Counted from the stretch's first letter, positions 1 to 9,660 are shown. The stretch is 62,501 nt of DNA from an uncultured Candidatus Saccharibacteria bacterium (GCA_964612745.1 CAZTCH010000002.1:99548-162048), one strand, 5' to 3'. Notes: a model not told the origin generated them from the letters alone. Program-made: numbers and translations.

Positions 1-850
1 CTTGATTCACGTTAACAGTCTGGTTTACTGGAGTACATACCAACGCTGGGGTTGGAGTAGGTGTAGGAGTAGGTGTAGGGGTCGGTGTTGGAGTAGGAGT
101 AGGTGTAGGGGTCGGTGTTGGAGTAGGAGTAGGGTTTACTCCAATAAAACAGTTCACCTTAGCACCACCGGAAGACACAGAAACGGACTTAGCTCCAGCA
201 GTGGCGTAGGTTACGGTCACACCACGGTTTGCATTTACCAACTGTGCAGTAGTTGCATCAGGAGTGGTAAACACATATGCACCGTTCCCACCAGTCGCAG
301 ACACTGTTGCAGCTTGATTCACGTTAACAGTCTGGTTTACTGGAGTACATACCAACGCTGGGGTTGGTGTTGGGGTTGGCGTAGGAGTAGGTGTAGGGGT
401 TGGCGTTGGGGTAGGAGTTGGCTCTGGTACGTTAAAGTTACAGGTTACCAAACTACCAGCATACCCAGGTTGCTGAAAAGTTTCAGCACTTGCGGTCCAA
501 TTTGCTGGAGGGGTTGTTCCGGTGAACATGTACATAGAAGTTGTACCTGTTCCAGGCCCTTCGACTGCATATGGAGGCCATGGCACGTGCAATTTTACTT
601 GCGTTGCAGGACCAGCTTGCTGTGTACCGGTTACGCTAAAGGACCAGCCATAAACTTCTCCAAAGGAGTTAGTTTTAGGCTCTGCGTTACAGAGAATACT
701 CACACCAATAATACTGCCGGTGGAACCGGTAGATTTTGATGTAGTTCCTGCGTGTGTCAGGGTGTTTGTTGGACCCAGCAATGCGCTGAGCACCAAAACC
801 AAGGCTAGTGCAAGCACTTGGACAACCCGAGTTCGAGAAAATACTGTCAT
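1..850 (-). CDS. Secreted PT-linker repeat protein (C-terminus lies beyond window start)
   Basis: ATG at 850-848. Signal-peptide-like MTVFSRTRVVQVLALALVLVLSALLG. Frame is open down to base 2. (PT)n linkers separate a repeated ~85-aa module (ALVCTPVNQTVNVNQAATVS...). Absent from the ORF track because there is no stop in the window. The listed + ORF 2..739 is its antisense shadow. Confidence 0.6.
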   Translation of the reverse strand, partial: MTVFSRTRVVQVLALALVLVLSALLGPTNTLTHAGTTSKSTGSTGSIIGVSILCNAEPKTNSFGEVYGWSFSVTGTQQAGPATQVKLHVPWPPYAVEGPGTGTTSMYMFTGTTPPANWTASAETFQQPGYAGSLVTCNFNVPEPTPTPTPTPTPTPTPTPTPTPALVCTPVNQTVNVNQAATVSATGGNGAYVFTTPDATTAQLVNANRGVTVTYATAGAKSVSVSSGGAKVNCFIGVNPTPTPTPTPTPTPTPTPTPTPTPTPTPTPALVCTPVNQTVNVNQ

Positions 851-1134
851 ACGAGTAATTACTTACTTAATTAGTTACATTTAGCTACTTATGTCATTTT
901 GCTAAGAAAATCTCACATTCCGAAAAGATGGAAAACCTTTTAAATAAGCGATTTTCATAGCAAATGACAATTTATTGTACAGTATTATCACATAAAAGTC
1001 AATATATCTTACACAGAGAAGGTTGCGAAACACTGTCTGAATATACTCCAAAAAAGTCTCCCCTACCGAAGGTAAGGAAGACTCATACACACTACATGAA
1101 CACTTGTTTTTAATTATAGACGCCTACAAAGTCA

Positions 1135-1953
1135 TTACTGCTCAGGATTTAGCCGAGAAGGTACAATCGTAAACAGAAAAGTGCGCTCTACGGTTTGAGT
1201 TCTATCGCTCAAAGCCGCACGAACCTTATATGTACCAGAGTACGGCATGGTCGGTGCAAGCAAACACCCTGCAAATGCCCCTGTCCGACTTAAACGCATA
1301 CAATCCAGTGCAGGATATGTTGGATTTGGCTGTAACTCTTTAGAAAACTTCCATGCATATGGCCCAGCACCACCGGTAAAGGTAAGCTGATGGTAATATG
1401 ATTCCCCTACCCTACCGGAAGGCAGCGTATCTGAACCAGTAATTACCAAGCGCCCACCAACATTCTCTGGATTGATTGTATACGCGTGTAAAGCCGTCGC
1501 GCTTTGCCCAGCAGCATCAGTCACTTTTACTCCCACCTGAAATGTGCCCGCAATATTCAGTGGTGTACCAGAAATAGATGTGAACTGACCGTTGGGCAAC
1601 AGTGCGACTGAACAACAGGGGTACCAATCAGCACTAGCTGCCGAGTCTACCTCCCAAGTATACGGAGCAGTTCCTCCGACAGCAGCAAATGTGTACGCAT
1701 ACGCCTTACCAATCTTACCATCTGGCAAGACGCGAGGGGATGAAATTGCTAGTTTTTGTGCAGTTCCGCAATTAACTTGTCCCCGCTTAGGGAGACATAC
1801 TACTGGACTTTTCGAATTTATTTCAGCCGCATGCGAAGCCATGAAAGCCGGCTTTTTACCAAAGAGTACAACGAGAACCAGAATGGTAACCAATATTCCA
1901 GCACCGTATGCGATTGCCACAAGAGCAATATCTGCGTGTTTATTTTTTTTCAT
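1135..1953 (-). CDS. Membrane-anchored protein with two putative-Ig (He_PIG-like) domains
   Basis: Internal ATG at 1953 gives MKKNKHADIALVAIAYGAGILVTILVLVVLF (TM anchor). Two LP.G..G..Y.....GG..PY.W modules follow. The longer track ORF (to 2217) would overlap the divergent PBP gene. Confidence 0.6.
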   Translation of the reverse strand: MKKNKHADIALVAIAYGAGILVTILVLVVLFGKKPAFMASHAAEINSKSPVVCLPKRGQVNCGTAQKLAISSPRVLPDGKIGKAYAYTFAAVGGTAPYTWEVDSAASADWYPCCSVALLPNGQFTSISGTPLNIAGTFQVGVKVTDAAGQSATALHAYTINPENVGGRLVITGSDTLPSGRVGESYYHQLTFTGGAGPYAWKFSKELQPNPTYPALDCMRLSRTGAFAGCLLAPTMPYSGTYKVRAALSDRTQTVERTFLFTIVPSRLNPEQ

Positions 1954-2059
1954 TTTTTTTCGTAAACAATTATTATTAGTATACCACGACCAACCCACAA
2001 CCCATACGCAATCCACCCCCGTACCAATTTTGTGCAAAATACGATACACTGTACTATAA

Positions 2060-4513
2060 GTGGCCAAAGGCATGAGAAGTACGATACACAAAACAACAGT
2101 AAAACACCACAAAGCAAAAAGATACAACTCCAGCATTTTTCGCTGGTTACTTTTTGGCATTACTACTGGAGCTGCTTGCGTCGTGTTCGTTGTACTGACA
2201 ATAGTGCTCATATACACATTTATATATGCAGCAGTCGCCCCCGATATCCAAAACTTTCTAGAAAATCGATCAGCCGATTCTACAAAAATTTATGCAAGTG
2301 ACGGTTCGCTACTCTACGAAATATACAGAGACGAAAAACGGACATCCGTCCCCCTTTCCGAAGTATCGGAACACTTTCAACATGCCATATTAGCAGCAGA
2401 AGACCGCGATTTCTATGAGCACCCAGGGGTATCTTTCACCTCCATACTTCGTGCAGGCCTTTTAAATATCGTCGCACCTGAACAACTTTCGGGTGGAAGT
2501 ACTATCACGCAGCAACTAGTAAAAAATAGCATCCTCACACCCGAAAAATCGGTATATCGCAAAATTGCAGAAGCCATATGGGCACGAGAGATAGAGAAGA
2601 ACCTCACCAAGGACCAAATCCTGGAAGCGTACATAAACGATATTTCTTTTGGCAGAAACACAGCAGGAGTAGAAGCAGCCAGCCGCGCGTATTTTAACAA
2701 ACCAGCACTCGCACTGACCACTGCCGAAAGCGCCTACTTAGCAGCAATTCCCAACGCCCCGAGTCTCCTCCGACCGGACAAGTCCAACACAGACGCTTTA
2801 GAAGAACGGAAGCGCTATGTCCTCGAAGGTATGTACCAAAGTGGTCACCTTACAGAAGAACAAATGCTAACCGCAAACGAAGCTGTGGTGATTTTTTCAG
2901 AGATTTCCGACACGCTCAAAGCGCCCTATTTTGTCCTCTGGTTAAAGCAAGAGCTGCTCAAAATGTATGGCGAAACAAAAGTATACGATGAAGGACTCTC
3001 GGTATACACAACACTCGACCCAAAACTGCAAACGGTAGCAGAGCAGACCGTAGCAACGTACGCAGCGAAAAATGCAAAAGCGTACAGGTCACACAATGCT
3101 GCACTTGTTGCAATTGACCCAAAAACTGGTGGCATTCTTGCAATGGTCGGTGGAAAGAATTTTAACGGCTCCTTAGAGCCTGAGGGGTGTATTGCAGGAA
3201 AAAATTGCGTGTTCGAACCAAACACCAACGTCGCAACCGCACTCAGACAAGTTGGCAGCAGCTTTAAACCGTATGTCTATGTCACTGCGTTTGGAGAAGA
3301 GTTTAAATATACTCCTGCAACTATTATCTCTGACCGGTCTCGCAATTTCAGCGCCCCTGGGGCACCAGCATACGTACCACAAAATTATACAGGTCAACAA
3401 TTTGGCAACGTCCCCATCCGCAAGGCTCTTGCAGGAAGCTTGAATATTGCCGCTGTAAACACACTCTCACAAATTGGCCCAGAAGCAGTCATACAAAATT
3501 TGCGTGCACTCGGGGTTACCGCACCGCTCGAAAATTGCGGATTAGCTTTAGCGCTCGGAAGCTGTGAAATGTCACTACTAGAACACACGTCTGGTTTTGC
3601 CACCATAGCCAATATGGGCAAACGCAATCAAGTTACTGGCATAGAACGCATACTCGGTCGAAACGGCAAGATTATTGCGCAAAGCTCTCCAGAGAACGCA
3701 CAAGTACTCAACGCTCAAGCGAGCTATGAGCTTATCGACATACTCACCGACAACCAAGCTCGTTCTTATATTTTCGGTAAAAACAATCCACTCACTTTAT
3801 CGGACCGACTTGTTGCAGCAAAAACAGGAACCACCCAAAACTGGAAAGATGGCTGGACTGTTGGCTTCACCCCATCACTTGCAGTGGGCGTCTGGACTGG
3901 TAACAACGATGGGAAACTACCAAAAGCAGGCAGTGACGCCGTTGTAACTGCAGCACCACTCTGGCATGCATTCATGGAAGCGGCACTTGCCGGCACACCA
4001 CCAGAGCAGTTTGCAGAGCCTGACGGCATTACCCGTTTAACAGTGAATCCCAGCACAGGCAAAGTACTTACAGCAAAAAATGCAAAAGGCAAACAAGAAG
4101 TGTTTGCCAGCTATGCTATCCCCTATGAAAGTTTCCAATTGCCGGCACGCAAAATAAAAAAGCCGGTAGTGGTAAAAAAACCAAACTACAACGACTTGCT
4201 CGAAAGTGGCGAAGAATCAACGGTAATTCTTGAGCCATGGGAAAACGACACAGTAACCACCACACCATTTAGTGTCAAAGTATACACTGGTACCAGCACT
4301 GCCGAAACAACCGTAGAATTGCTTCTCGATGGCAAAGTTATTGCCAAAAGCACCGAAGCACCATTTTTGTTTACTATTTCGGACCTGCTTACCAACGGTA
4401 CTCATACTTTAACCGCAAAAGCAGTGCATTTTGGCCTGCTCGAAAGCAGCCAAACAATACAATTTAAAACCTTGTTTAACCCTGCGCCTGTCTCACCCAG
4501 AGGGAGTAAATAG
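2060..4513 (+). CDS. Penicillin-binding protein 1A family (GT51 transglycosylase + transpeptidase)
   Basis: 817 aa with an N-terminal TM. GT51 motifs EDRDFYEHPG and GGSTITQQL. Transpeptidase motifs SSFKP (SxxK) and KTGTT. Extra beta-rich C-terminal domain. Confidence 0.9.
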   Translation: MAKGMRSTIHKTTVKHHKAKRYNSSIFRWLLFGITTGAACVVFVVLTIVLIYTFIYAAVAPDIQNFLENRSADSTKIYASDGSLLYEIYRDEKRTSVPLSEVSEHFQHAILAAEDRDFYEHPGVSFTSILRAGLLNIVAPEQLSGGSTITQQLVKNSILTPEKSVYRKIAEAIWAREIEKNLTKDQILEAYINDISFGRNTAGVEAASRAYFNKPALALTTAESAYLAAIPNAPSLLRPDKSNTDALEERKRYVLEGMYQSGHLTEEQMLTANEAVVIFSEISDTLKAPYFVLWLKQELLKMYGETKVYDEGLSVYTTLDPKLQTVAEQTVATYAAKNAKAYRSHNAALVAIDPKTGGILAMVGGKNFNGSLEPEGCIAGKNCVFEPNTNVATALRQVGSSFKPYVYVTAFGEEFKYTPATIISDRSRNFSAPGAPAYVPQNYTGQQFGNVPIRKALAGSLNIAAVNTLSQIGPEAVIQNLRALGVTAPLENCGLALALGSCEMSLLEHTSGFATIANMGKRNQVTGIERILGRNGKIIAQSSPENAQVLNAQASYELIDILTDNQARSYIFGKNNPLTLSDRLVAAKTGTTQNWKDGWTVGFTPSLAVGVWTGNNDGKLPKAGSDAVVTAAPLWHAFMEAALAGTPPEQFAEPDGITRLTVNPSTGKVLTAKNAKGKQEVFASYAIPYESFQLPARKIKKPVVVKKPNYNDLLESGEESTVILEPWENDTVTTTPFSVKVYTGTSTAETTVELLLDGKVIAKSTEAPFLFTISDLLTNGTHTLTAKAVHFGLLESSQTIQFKTLFNPAPVSPRGSK

Positions 4514-4567
4514 AGGGAATAAATAGAAGTAGTAAGCAGAGAAAACACCCTTCAAAATAGTACGTAG

Positions 4568-5611
4568 TTATTTTTGAACGGGTACCCACTTCACTGCATT
4601 CAGTTTATCCGCGGATACCGCAGAGATCCACACCTGTCCAGGTTGCAACACTACTGGTTTCCCACTAGCATCTGCATACTGCGCTACCTCGCCAGCCTTA
4701 CGTGTCCAAGTGCCTTGGGTAACCATACCACTTTGAAAAATATATGCTTCTCCCGTACCAGTAACTTGTATGTCTACTCGGCCTTTATCATCCCCCACCA
4801 CCTCTGTTACATCCACTTCTTCCACAATAACGGTGCGTGGCGAAACTATTTTTTGAGTTAGTGCATCAATATCTTTTTTCCCTGCAATATACCTGTCGTA
4901 AGAATTCGTTTGCGCATTATACACAAACGTAACGGCAAAAGCAGGTAAGGAAAAATCAATCCGCACTTCGCGAGTAGGTTCTCCTGTAGTTACTACCTGA
5001 TCTGAAAAAGTAAACGCATTAGCTACATACGCACCCTTTGCTTTGCTTTCTCGTATGCTTGATAATTTTGCATACGCATTGTGCGGAGCAGTCCGAGTGG
5101 TGACACGAGTAAATAAATCGGCAGAGTAAAACTCATTCACATCCACCAATTTTTTATATTTTCCTGCACTCAGTTGGTCGAGCACTTCAGGACTTCCACC
5201 AACGTGCGCATATACCCCACCAAAACCATTGGCTATGGTAGCAAAATAGTCTCGAGCTGATCGCACAGGACCTACGAGCGCACCATCTTCTTGGAAGAAC
5301 GCTACATACCGAGTTATTCCACCTTCCGCTTCTGCTTCCCAAACCACCTCTGCACTTCCTAAACCGCTCTGCGGACGCGCATCTGGGTGATTCTCTATCA
5401 TTACCGCAATCGGTGCTCGCTCAGCGATTTCTGGTGTCACCATACGACCTGACAACGTTGCTTTTGTCGTAGCCTGCTTTACCTCTTCAGTTTTACTGAC
5501 ACCTCCGTTATTTACTGCGGGAACCCGCAATACCCGAAACGCAACCAAACCAGCGCTACCAAGGACGATAATTCCACAAATTACATAAATGCGCGTAGAA
5601 GATATATTCAT
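4568..5611 (-). CDS. DUF3048 (YerB-like) exported protein
   Basis: N-terminal TM/signal anchor. PIAVMIENHPDARPQSGLGSAEVVWEAEAEGGITRYVAFF is typical of DUF3048. Confidence 0.75.
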   Translation of the reverse strand: MNISSTRIYVICGIIVLGSAGLVAFRVLRVPAVNNGGVSKTEEVKQATTKATLSGRMVTPEIAERAPIAVMIENHPDARPQSGLGSAEVVWEAEAEGGITRYVAFFQEDGALVGPVRSARDYFATIANGFGGVYAHVGGSPEVLDQLSAGKYKKLVDVNEFYSADLFTRVTTRTAPHNAYAKLSSIRESKAKGAYVANAFTFSDQVVTTGEPTREVRIDFSLPAFAVTFVYNAQTNSYDRYIAGKKDIDALTQKIVSPRTVIVEEVDVTEVVGDDKGRVDIQVTGTGEAYIFQSGMVTQGTWTRKAGEVAQYADASGKPVVLQPGQVWISAVSADKLNAVKWVPVQK

Positions 5612-5616
5612 AAAGT

Positions 5617-6657
5617 TTATGGAATCAATAACATACCATCGCCAAAAGAAAACAGTCTCATTTTTTGGCGAATAGCTTCTGTATATAAAGTAAATAATTC
5701 TTGTTTGCTCGTGAATGCTGCCACAAGCATAAGCAGACTTGATTCAGGAACATGAAAATTAGTCACCATGCCACTCACAAATTGGAACTGAAATGGTGGA
5801 TAAATAAAGAGCGTTGTATCCCCTTGCAACTCTTGTAGTTGCCCACCCTTCGCAGCAGACTCCAAAGTTCGCACGACGGTAGTCCCTACAGCAATTATCG
5901 GTCTACCTGCCTGCTTATACGCCATAAGCCTTTCTGCTACGTCTGGAGCAATTTCGTAGTGTTCAGCATGGAGTGAACCTGTTTCCAACTGTGCTGCACC
6001 CACAGGAGCGAACGTGCCCAATCCGACATGCAATGTCACCTTTTCTACCCCAAACCCTCTTTGCTCTAATTGATTTATAAGCGGCTCGCTAAAGTGCAAG
6101 CTCGCAGTAGGCGCCGCCACTGAACCCACGTGCTTTGCTAAAACGCTCTGGTACTCCGTCCGAAGCTCTGCCTCAGACAAGCGCGTCTGCTTAATATAGG
6201 GTGGAATAGGGGTTGTCCCATGGGAATATAAAAATTGTTCAAGTTCGGTCAAAGGGAAACTTGGCACTACCAGATACCCCTTGTCGAGACGCTCTGCAAT
6301 CTGGAATGTTTCTGCCGTGGAAACCAATGTTACCACTTCCCCTACGCGCAAAGGTCGATTCGCTAATACGCGCGCACCAGCAGCAGTTTTCCCTACGTAC
6401 AATAATTCAACCAAACCACCCGTGCTCTTCTGGGCCATAAACCGAGCTGGAAGAACTTTTGTTTCATTAAACACCAAGACAGCCCCCGCTGGTAAAAAAT
6501 CTGCGATATGCGCAAATGTAGAAAACTGTGTTTGCTGGATACTCTTTGAATACACCAGCAACCGAGCACTTTCACGCGGCGAAACAGGCTCTGTTGCCAA
6601 AAGCTCAGGAGGATACGTATATGCGTATTCACTTGGGTATGGTGGCAGATTTTGCAT
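5617..6657 (-). CDS. queA: S-adenosylmethionine:tRNA ribosyltransferase-isomerase
   Basis: QueA-like over its full length (YPPELLATEP..., C-terminal FSFGDGMLL). ATG at 6657 is preferred over the GTG at 6681 used in the track. Confidence 0.9.
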   Translation of the reverse strand: MQNLPPYPSEYAYTYPPELLATEPVSPRESARLLVYSKSIQQTQFSTFAHIADFLPAGAVLVFNETKVLPARFMAQKSTGGLVELLYVGKTAAGARVLANRPLRVGEVVTLVSTAETFQIAERLDKGYLVVPSFPLTELEQFLYSHGTTPIPPYIKQTRLSEAELRTEYQSVLAKHVGSVAAPTASLHFSEPLINQLEQRGFGVEKVTLHVGLGTFAPVGAAQLETGSLHAEHYEIAPDVAERLMAYKQAGRPIIAVGTTVVRTLESAAKGGQLQELQGDTTLFIYPPFQFQFVSGMVTNFHVPESSLLMLVAAFTSKQELFTLYTEAIRQKMRLFSFGDGMLLIP

Positions 6658-6662
6658 ACGTG

Positions 6663-7490
6663 TTATTGTGCAGCAGACCACGCAACTGGATAAATAACCG
6701 CAATATGTGTCCCGCGTACTAAGATAACTGCACGGAGCGCAGCAACTTCACCTTGCACTCGAGCACTCAGCTTGTAGGAGTCGGCGTACATATCTTTTGC
6801 CAAAAACTCTGCCGCAGCAGCAGCACGTGTTCGCATTCCTTCTAAAGCAATGGAAAACGACAGCCGCTGTACGTCTGGAAGCTGGGCAGATACCGCTGCG
6901 TATTCTGCTGTCACAGCTGCTACATCAGCGCGCATAGCCGCCAGCTGTTCGTCTACCCCTTTTACTAAGTTTTGTTTATCTGTTCCACCACGCAACACGG
7001 TACCAAGTCGAGCCAGTTCAGCATCCAGCTCTTGCGCTCGTTTTGCAAACACAGTCAGGCTAGGCACGTTTGCAGCAGTAGCTTGTTGCTGCAAGAGTGC
7101 AGAAAATGCTTGCGTGTACCCCCGCACCAAACCAAGACTTTTCGCTGCTAAAACATATGCGGGTTTTGCCTCGCTCTCATTTGAAGCACCCGTAAGCGAA
7201 TCTTGCACCCTCGCATATGTGGCAGCTTCTGCTTTCAGTGCTCCTGCTAACTGCCAATCTTCCCCGCTATCGTACGCTTGTACAATCTCTTTGTACCGAC
7301 TTTCTAACTGCTGCGCCAACTGCTCACTTTTACCCGCGCGAGTCAGTCTGATCCATGTTTGCGCTGGTTCTGTGACAAAAACTTTAACACTATATACCAA
7401 GCTCCCCGGTCGAGCCTTTTTAGATAAAGGTATAGTAACCGCCCACAAAAGAATAACCACCACCAATACAATACGAATGATTTTTAACAT
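6663..7490 (-). CDS. Hypothetical membrane-anchored helical protein (possibly DUF5667-like)
   Basis: 275-aa ORF with an N-terminal TM (IVLVVVILLWAVTIPL) and an Ala-rich helical body. No motif recognised with certainty. Confidence 0.5.
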   Translation of the reverse strand: MLKIIRIVLVVVILLWAVTIPLSKKARPGSLVYSVKVFVTEPAQTWIRLTRAGKSEQLAQQLESRYKEIVQAYDSGEDWQLAGALKAEAATYARVQDSLTGASNESEAKPAYVLAAKSLGLVRGYTQAFSALLQQQATAANVPSLTVFAKRAQELDAELARLGTVLRGGTDKQNLVKGVDEQLAAMRADVAAVTAEYAAVSAQLPDVQRLSFSIALEGMRTRAAAAAEFLAKDMYADSYKLSARVQGEVAALRAVILVRGTHIAVIYPVAWSAAQ

Positions 7491-7546
7491 GGTTTATTTC
7501 AAACACTACTCCTTAGATATATCATACCACCCAATACCCCGTACCA

Positions 7547-8092
7547 CTATTCAGCGTACAACTCTTTATTTCGTAGACGCACCAGCGCCATATGCACTGC
7601 CTGCTCAGAATAGTGTATACGAGTAACTACCCCTTGTGTTAAGAAACCAATCATGCCCAAATCTTTGCGGAAACTTTCGTCTGCTGCATAGCCCAGTTCA
7701 ACCGCTGCGACAGCAACTTCCTTACCTTCTTGCAAAAGCTTTCGTGTGAGCTGCTGTGGGTACTCAAAACTACTAGACAGGCCAACATAAAAATCAGCAC
7801 CGTCAAAGATAGCACATGCAGTTGTATCAAAATAGCTCTCCCTACCAGCCGGCACCGTAAAAATACCCGTCTCTAGGCCCACGCCAAAATCAGCACCTAC
7901 AGCTTGCATTGCACCCTGCGCTCTATTCTTCGCCCCTAAAATTATTTCTTCCAGTGACTTTGGCTGTGCGGCCACCCCAGACTCCACGGCACAAGACTCT
8001 ACAAGCACATGCTCATATTCAGGGTATCGCGCAAGACAATTCTTAACTGCTAGAATTTTCCCTTCGTTTGTAGTCCCGATGGCAACACGCAT
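7547..8092 (-). CDS. Inosine/xanthosine triphosphatase (YjjX / DUF84 NTPase family)
   Basis: MRVAIGTTNEGKILAVKN...VESGVAAQP resembles the YjjX N-terminus and core. Confidence 0.7.
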   Translation of the reverse strand: MRVAIGTTNEGKILAVKNCLARYPEYEHVLVESCAVESGVAAQPKSLEEIILGAKNRAQGAMQAVGADFGVGLETGIFTVPAGRESYFDTTACAIFDGADFYVGLSSSFEYPQQLTRKLLQEGKEVAVAAVELGYAADESFRKDLGMIGFLTQGVVTRIHYSEQAVHMALVRLRNKELYAE

Positions 8093-8153
8093 ATATAGTC
8101 ACAATCCCCATGGCTGCACAAAGCCATACACTTTATAATCCTACAGCAACCTT

Positions 8154-8391
8154 TGGTCGGGATACTGGGAATTGAACCCAGTCTAGCCTCTTCGGCTAGC
8201 ATGCTACGCCCACCCCACTTGTCCGCCGTAGTTGTAACGGAGGCGGATGGACGGTATCCCACATTAACTTTTGGTCGGAGTACCCGGAATCGAACCGGGA
8301 CTACACACACCCCATGCGTGCGTACTACCACTATACTATACTCCGTAACCAAAAGTTAATGTGGGACGTACTACCGGTATACGATATCCCG
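8154..8391 (-). other. Interrupted tRNA-like gene enclosing tRNA-Pro (outer acceptor, D and T arms intact)
   Basis: 5' CGGGATA-TC-GTATACCGGTAGTAC-G (8391..8367). 3' CTGGG-TTCAATT-CCCAG-TATCCCG-A-CCA (8181..8154). The 7/7 acceptor pairing spans 238 nt. See findings. Confidence 0.5.
8272..8345 (-). tRNA. tRNA-Pro (anticodon GGG)
   Basis: Manual cloverleaf: CGGAGTA/TACTCCG acceptor, D arm GTAT-AGTGGTA-GTAC, anticodon arm CACGC-ATGGGGT-GTGTG, T arm CCCGG-TTCGATT-CCGGG, A73, encoded CCA. 74 nt. Confidence 0.9.
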
Positions 8392-8557
8392 ATACCCAAA
8401 GGACACTGTAAGAAAACCAAAACCCTAAGCTCACCCCTGTCATAAACTCCCGCTTGCAAAACTGCCTCTTCTACTTCTTCTGTTTCTTCTAACTCTTCTA
8501 TTTCTTTATTCTTTCTCGGAACTAGTTACTCGTTACTAGCCACTAGCTACTGCTTCC

Positions 8558-9586
8558 CTACACCACAAAATACGGACCATCAGGATTGCTCGCCTGAAGC
8601 TTTGCCTGCTTTTGCTCTGCCATTTTATCAATAATATCTTGCAGGTCTTCGTCGCTAAAAAACTCAATGGTGATTTTACCACCACGACCTTGGCGTTGTA
8701 CTTTTACTTGCGCCCCCAAACGACTTCGCAATTCTGTTTCTATTGCCATGAGCTTTGGATCTGGTGCCGCTGCATCCACCGAACGTTTCTGGGAAAATTC
8801 TCGGGCCTTTGCTTCTACTTGTCGGACATTCAAATTCTGATCCAAGATAGCACGGAACAAAGCAAGTAATTTTTCTGGCTCTGCAACACTCAACAGCGCT
8901 CGGGCGTGTCCTTCGGTAATCCTATTTTCAATAACTGCTCGTTGCACTTCTACAGGCAAATTCAACAAGCGCAGCGTATTCGCCACCGTTGGTCTGGACT
9001 TTCCAACTTTTTGCGCAACTTGCTCTTGAGTGAGACTAAACGTCTTAATAAGTCGGTCGTATGCCCGTGCCTCTTCGATAGCGTTCAGCTCACGACGTTG
9101 AATATTTTCAATTAACGCAACTTCTAACTTGGTCTGGTCTTCGAGTTGTTTTTTTACAATTGCAGGGATAGTCACCATGCCTGCTAAAATAGATGCGCGA
9201 AAACGACGTTCACCCACGACAATTTCATACCCCGAAGGCGACTCGGTAACTACCAGTGGTTGGATTACCCCATGCTCGCGGATAGATTTTGCTAACTCTT
9301 TTAGCCCCTCTGGATCAAAGATTTTTCGGGGCTGGTACGGGTTCGGAACAATTTTAGAAAGTTCAATTTCTTGTATCTGTGCGTCTGCATACGAAACACG
9401 CTCAGGAGCTGTCTCTACAACACGTGGTGACTCCGCATACAATTCTTCAATAGGCAACGCAGCAACGGTCGGGATGGGCGCCATATACCCCACAATAGAC
9501 GCAAATACAGCATCGTCCAAAACAGGCTCTGTATAAGCAGGCGGGTTTACACTATGCGCTGGTTGGCCAATTATCGCATCGAGCAT
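8558..9586 (-). CDS. parB: Chromosome partitioning protein ParB/Spo0J
   Basis: ParB boxes IVPNPYQPRK, HGVIQPLVV, GERRFRA, plus an HTH. ATG at 9586 was chosen because the longer track ORF overlaps tRNA-Leu. Confidence 0.9.
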   Translation of the reverse strand: MLDAIIGQPAHSVNPPAYTEPVLDDAVFASIVGYMAPIPTVAALPIEELYAESPRVVETAPERVSYADAQIQEIELSKIVPNPYQPRKIFDPEGLKELAKSIREHGVIQPLVVTESPSGYEIVVGERRFRASILAGMVTIPAIVKKQLEDQTKLEVALIENIQRRELNAIEEARAYDRLIKTFSLTQEQVAQKVGKSRPTVANTLRLLNLPVEVQRAVIENRITEGHARALLSVAEPEKLLALFRAILDQNLNVRQVEAKAREFSQKRSVDAAAPDPKLMAIETELRSRLGAQVKVQRQGRGGKITIEFFSDEDLQDIIDKMAEQKQAKLQASNPDGPYFVV

Positions 9587-9660
9587 ATTTGAAAAGTGCT
9601 GGGACCAAAGGTCCAGCAGGTAAAGTAAGACAAAAAGAGTACACTGTACTCCCATACATA

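Noticed and set aside
2-739. 245-aa plus-strand ORF rich in Arg/Cys/Trp repeats (RCRSRCRGRCWSRS...)
   Set aside because: It is the antisense reading of the (PT)n-linker gene on the minus strand. That gene has a proper ATG, a signal peptide and a sensible domain structure. The plus-strand ORF starts at TTG and has a non-protein-like composition.
1954-2217. N-terminal 88-aa extension of ORF 1135..2217
   Set aside because: It would overlap the divergent PBP1A gene start by more than 150 nt. The internal ATG at 1953 gives a normal basic N-terminus and TM anchor.
8050-8359. ORFs 8050..8352 (-) and 8153..8359 (+)
   Set aside because: They lie over the tRNA-Pro / tRNA-like structures. Their sequence is explained by RNA genes.
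8154-8391. Considered tmRNA, tRNA-Sec, a class II tRNA with a long variable arm, or a group I intron-containing tRNA for the 238-nt unit
   Set aside because: There is no GGGG/G3-U70 alanine-type acceptor and no resume-codon/tag ORF, so it is not tmRNA. There is no UCA anticodon and no 8/5 geometry, so it is not tRNA-Sec. The insert is a complete tRNA and is far shorter than group I introns. No 5-7-5 anticodon arm could be placed before the CTAGCC/GGCTAG hairpin.
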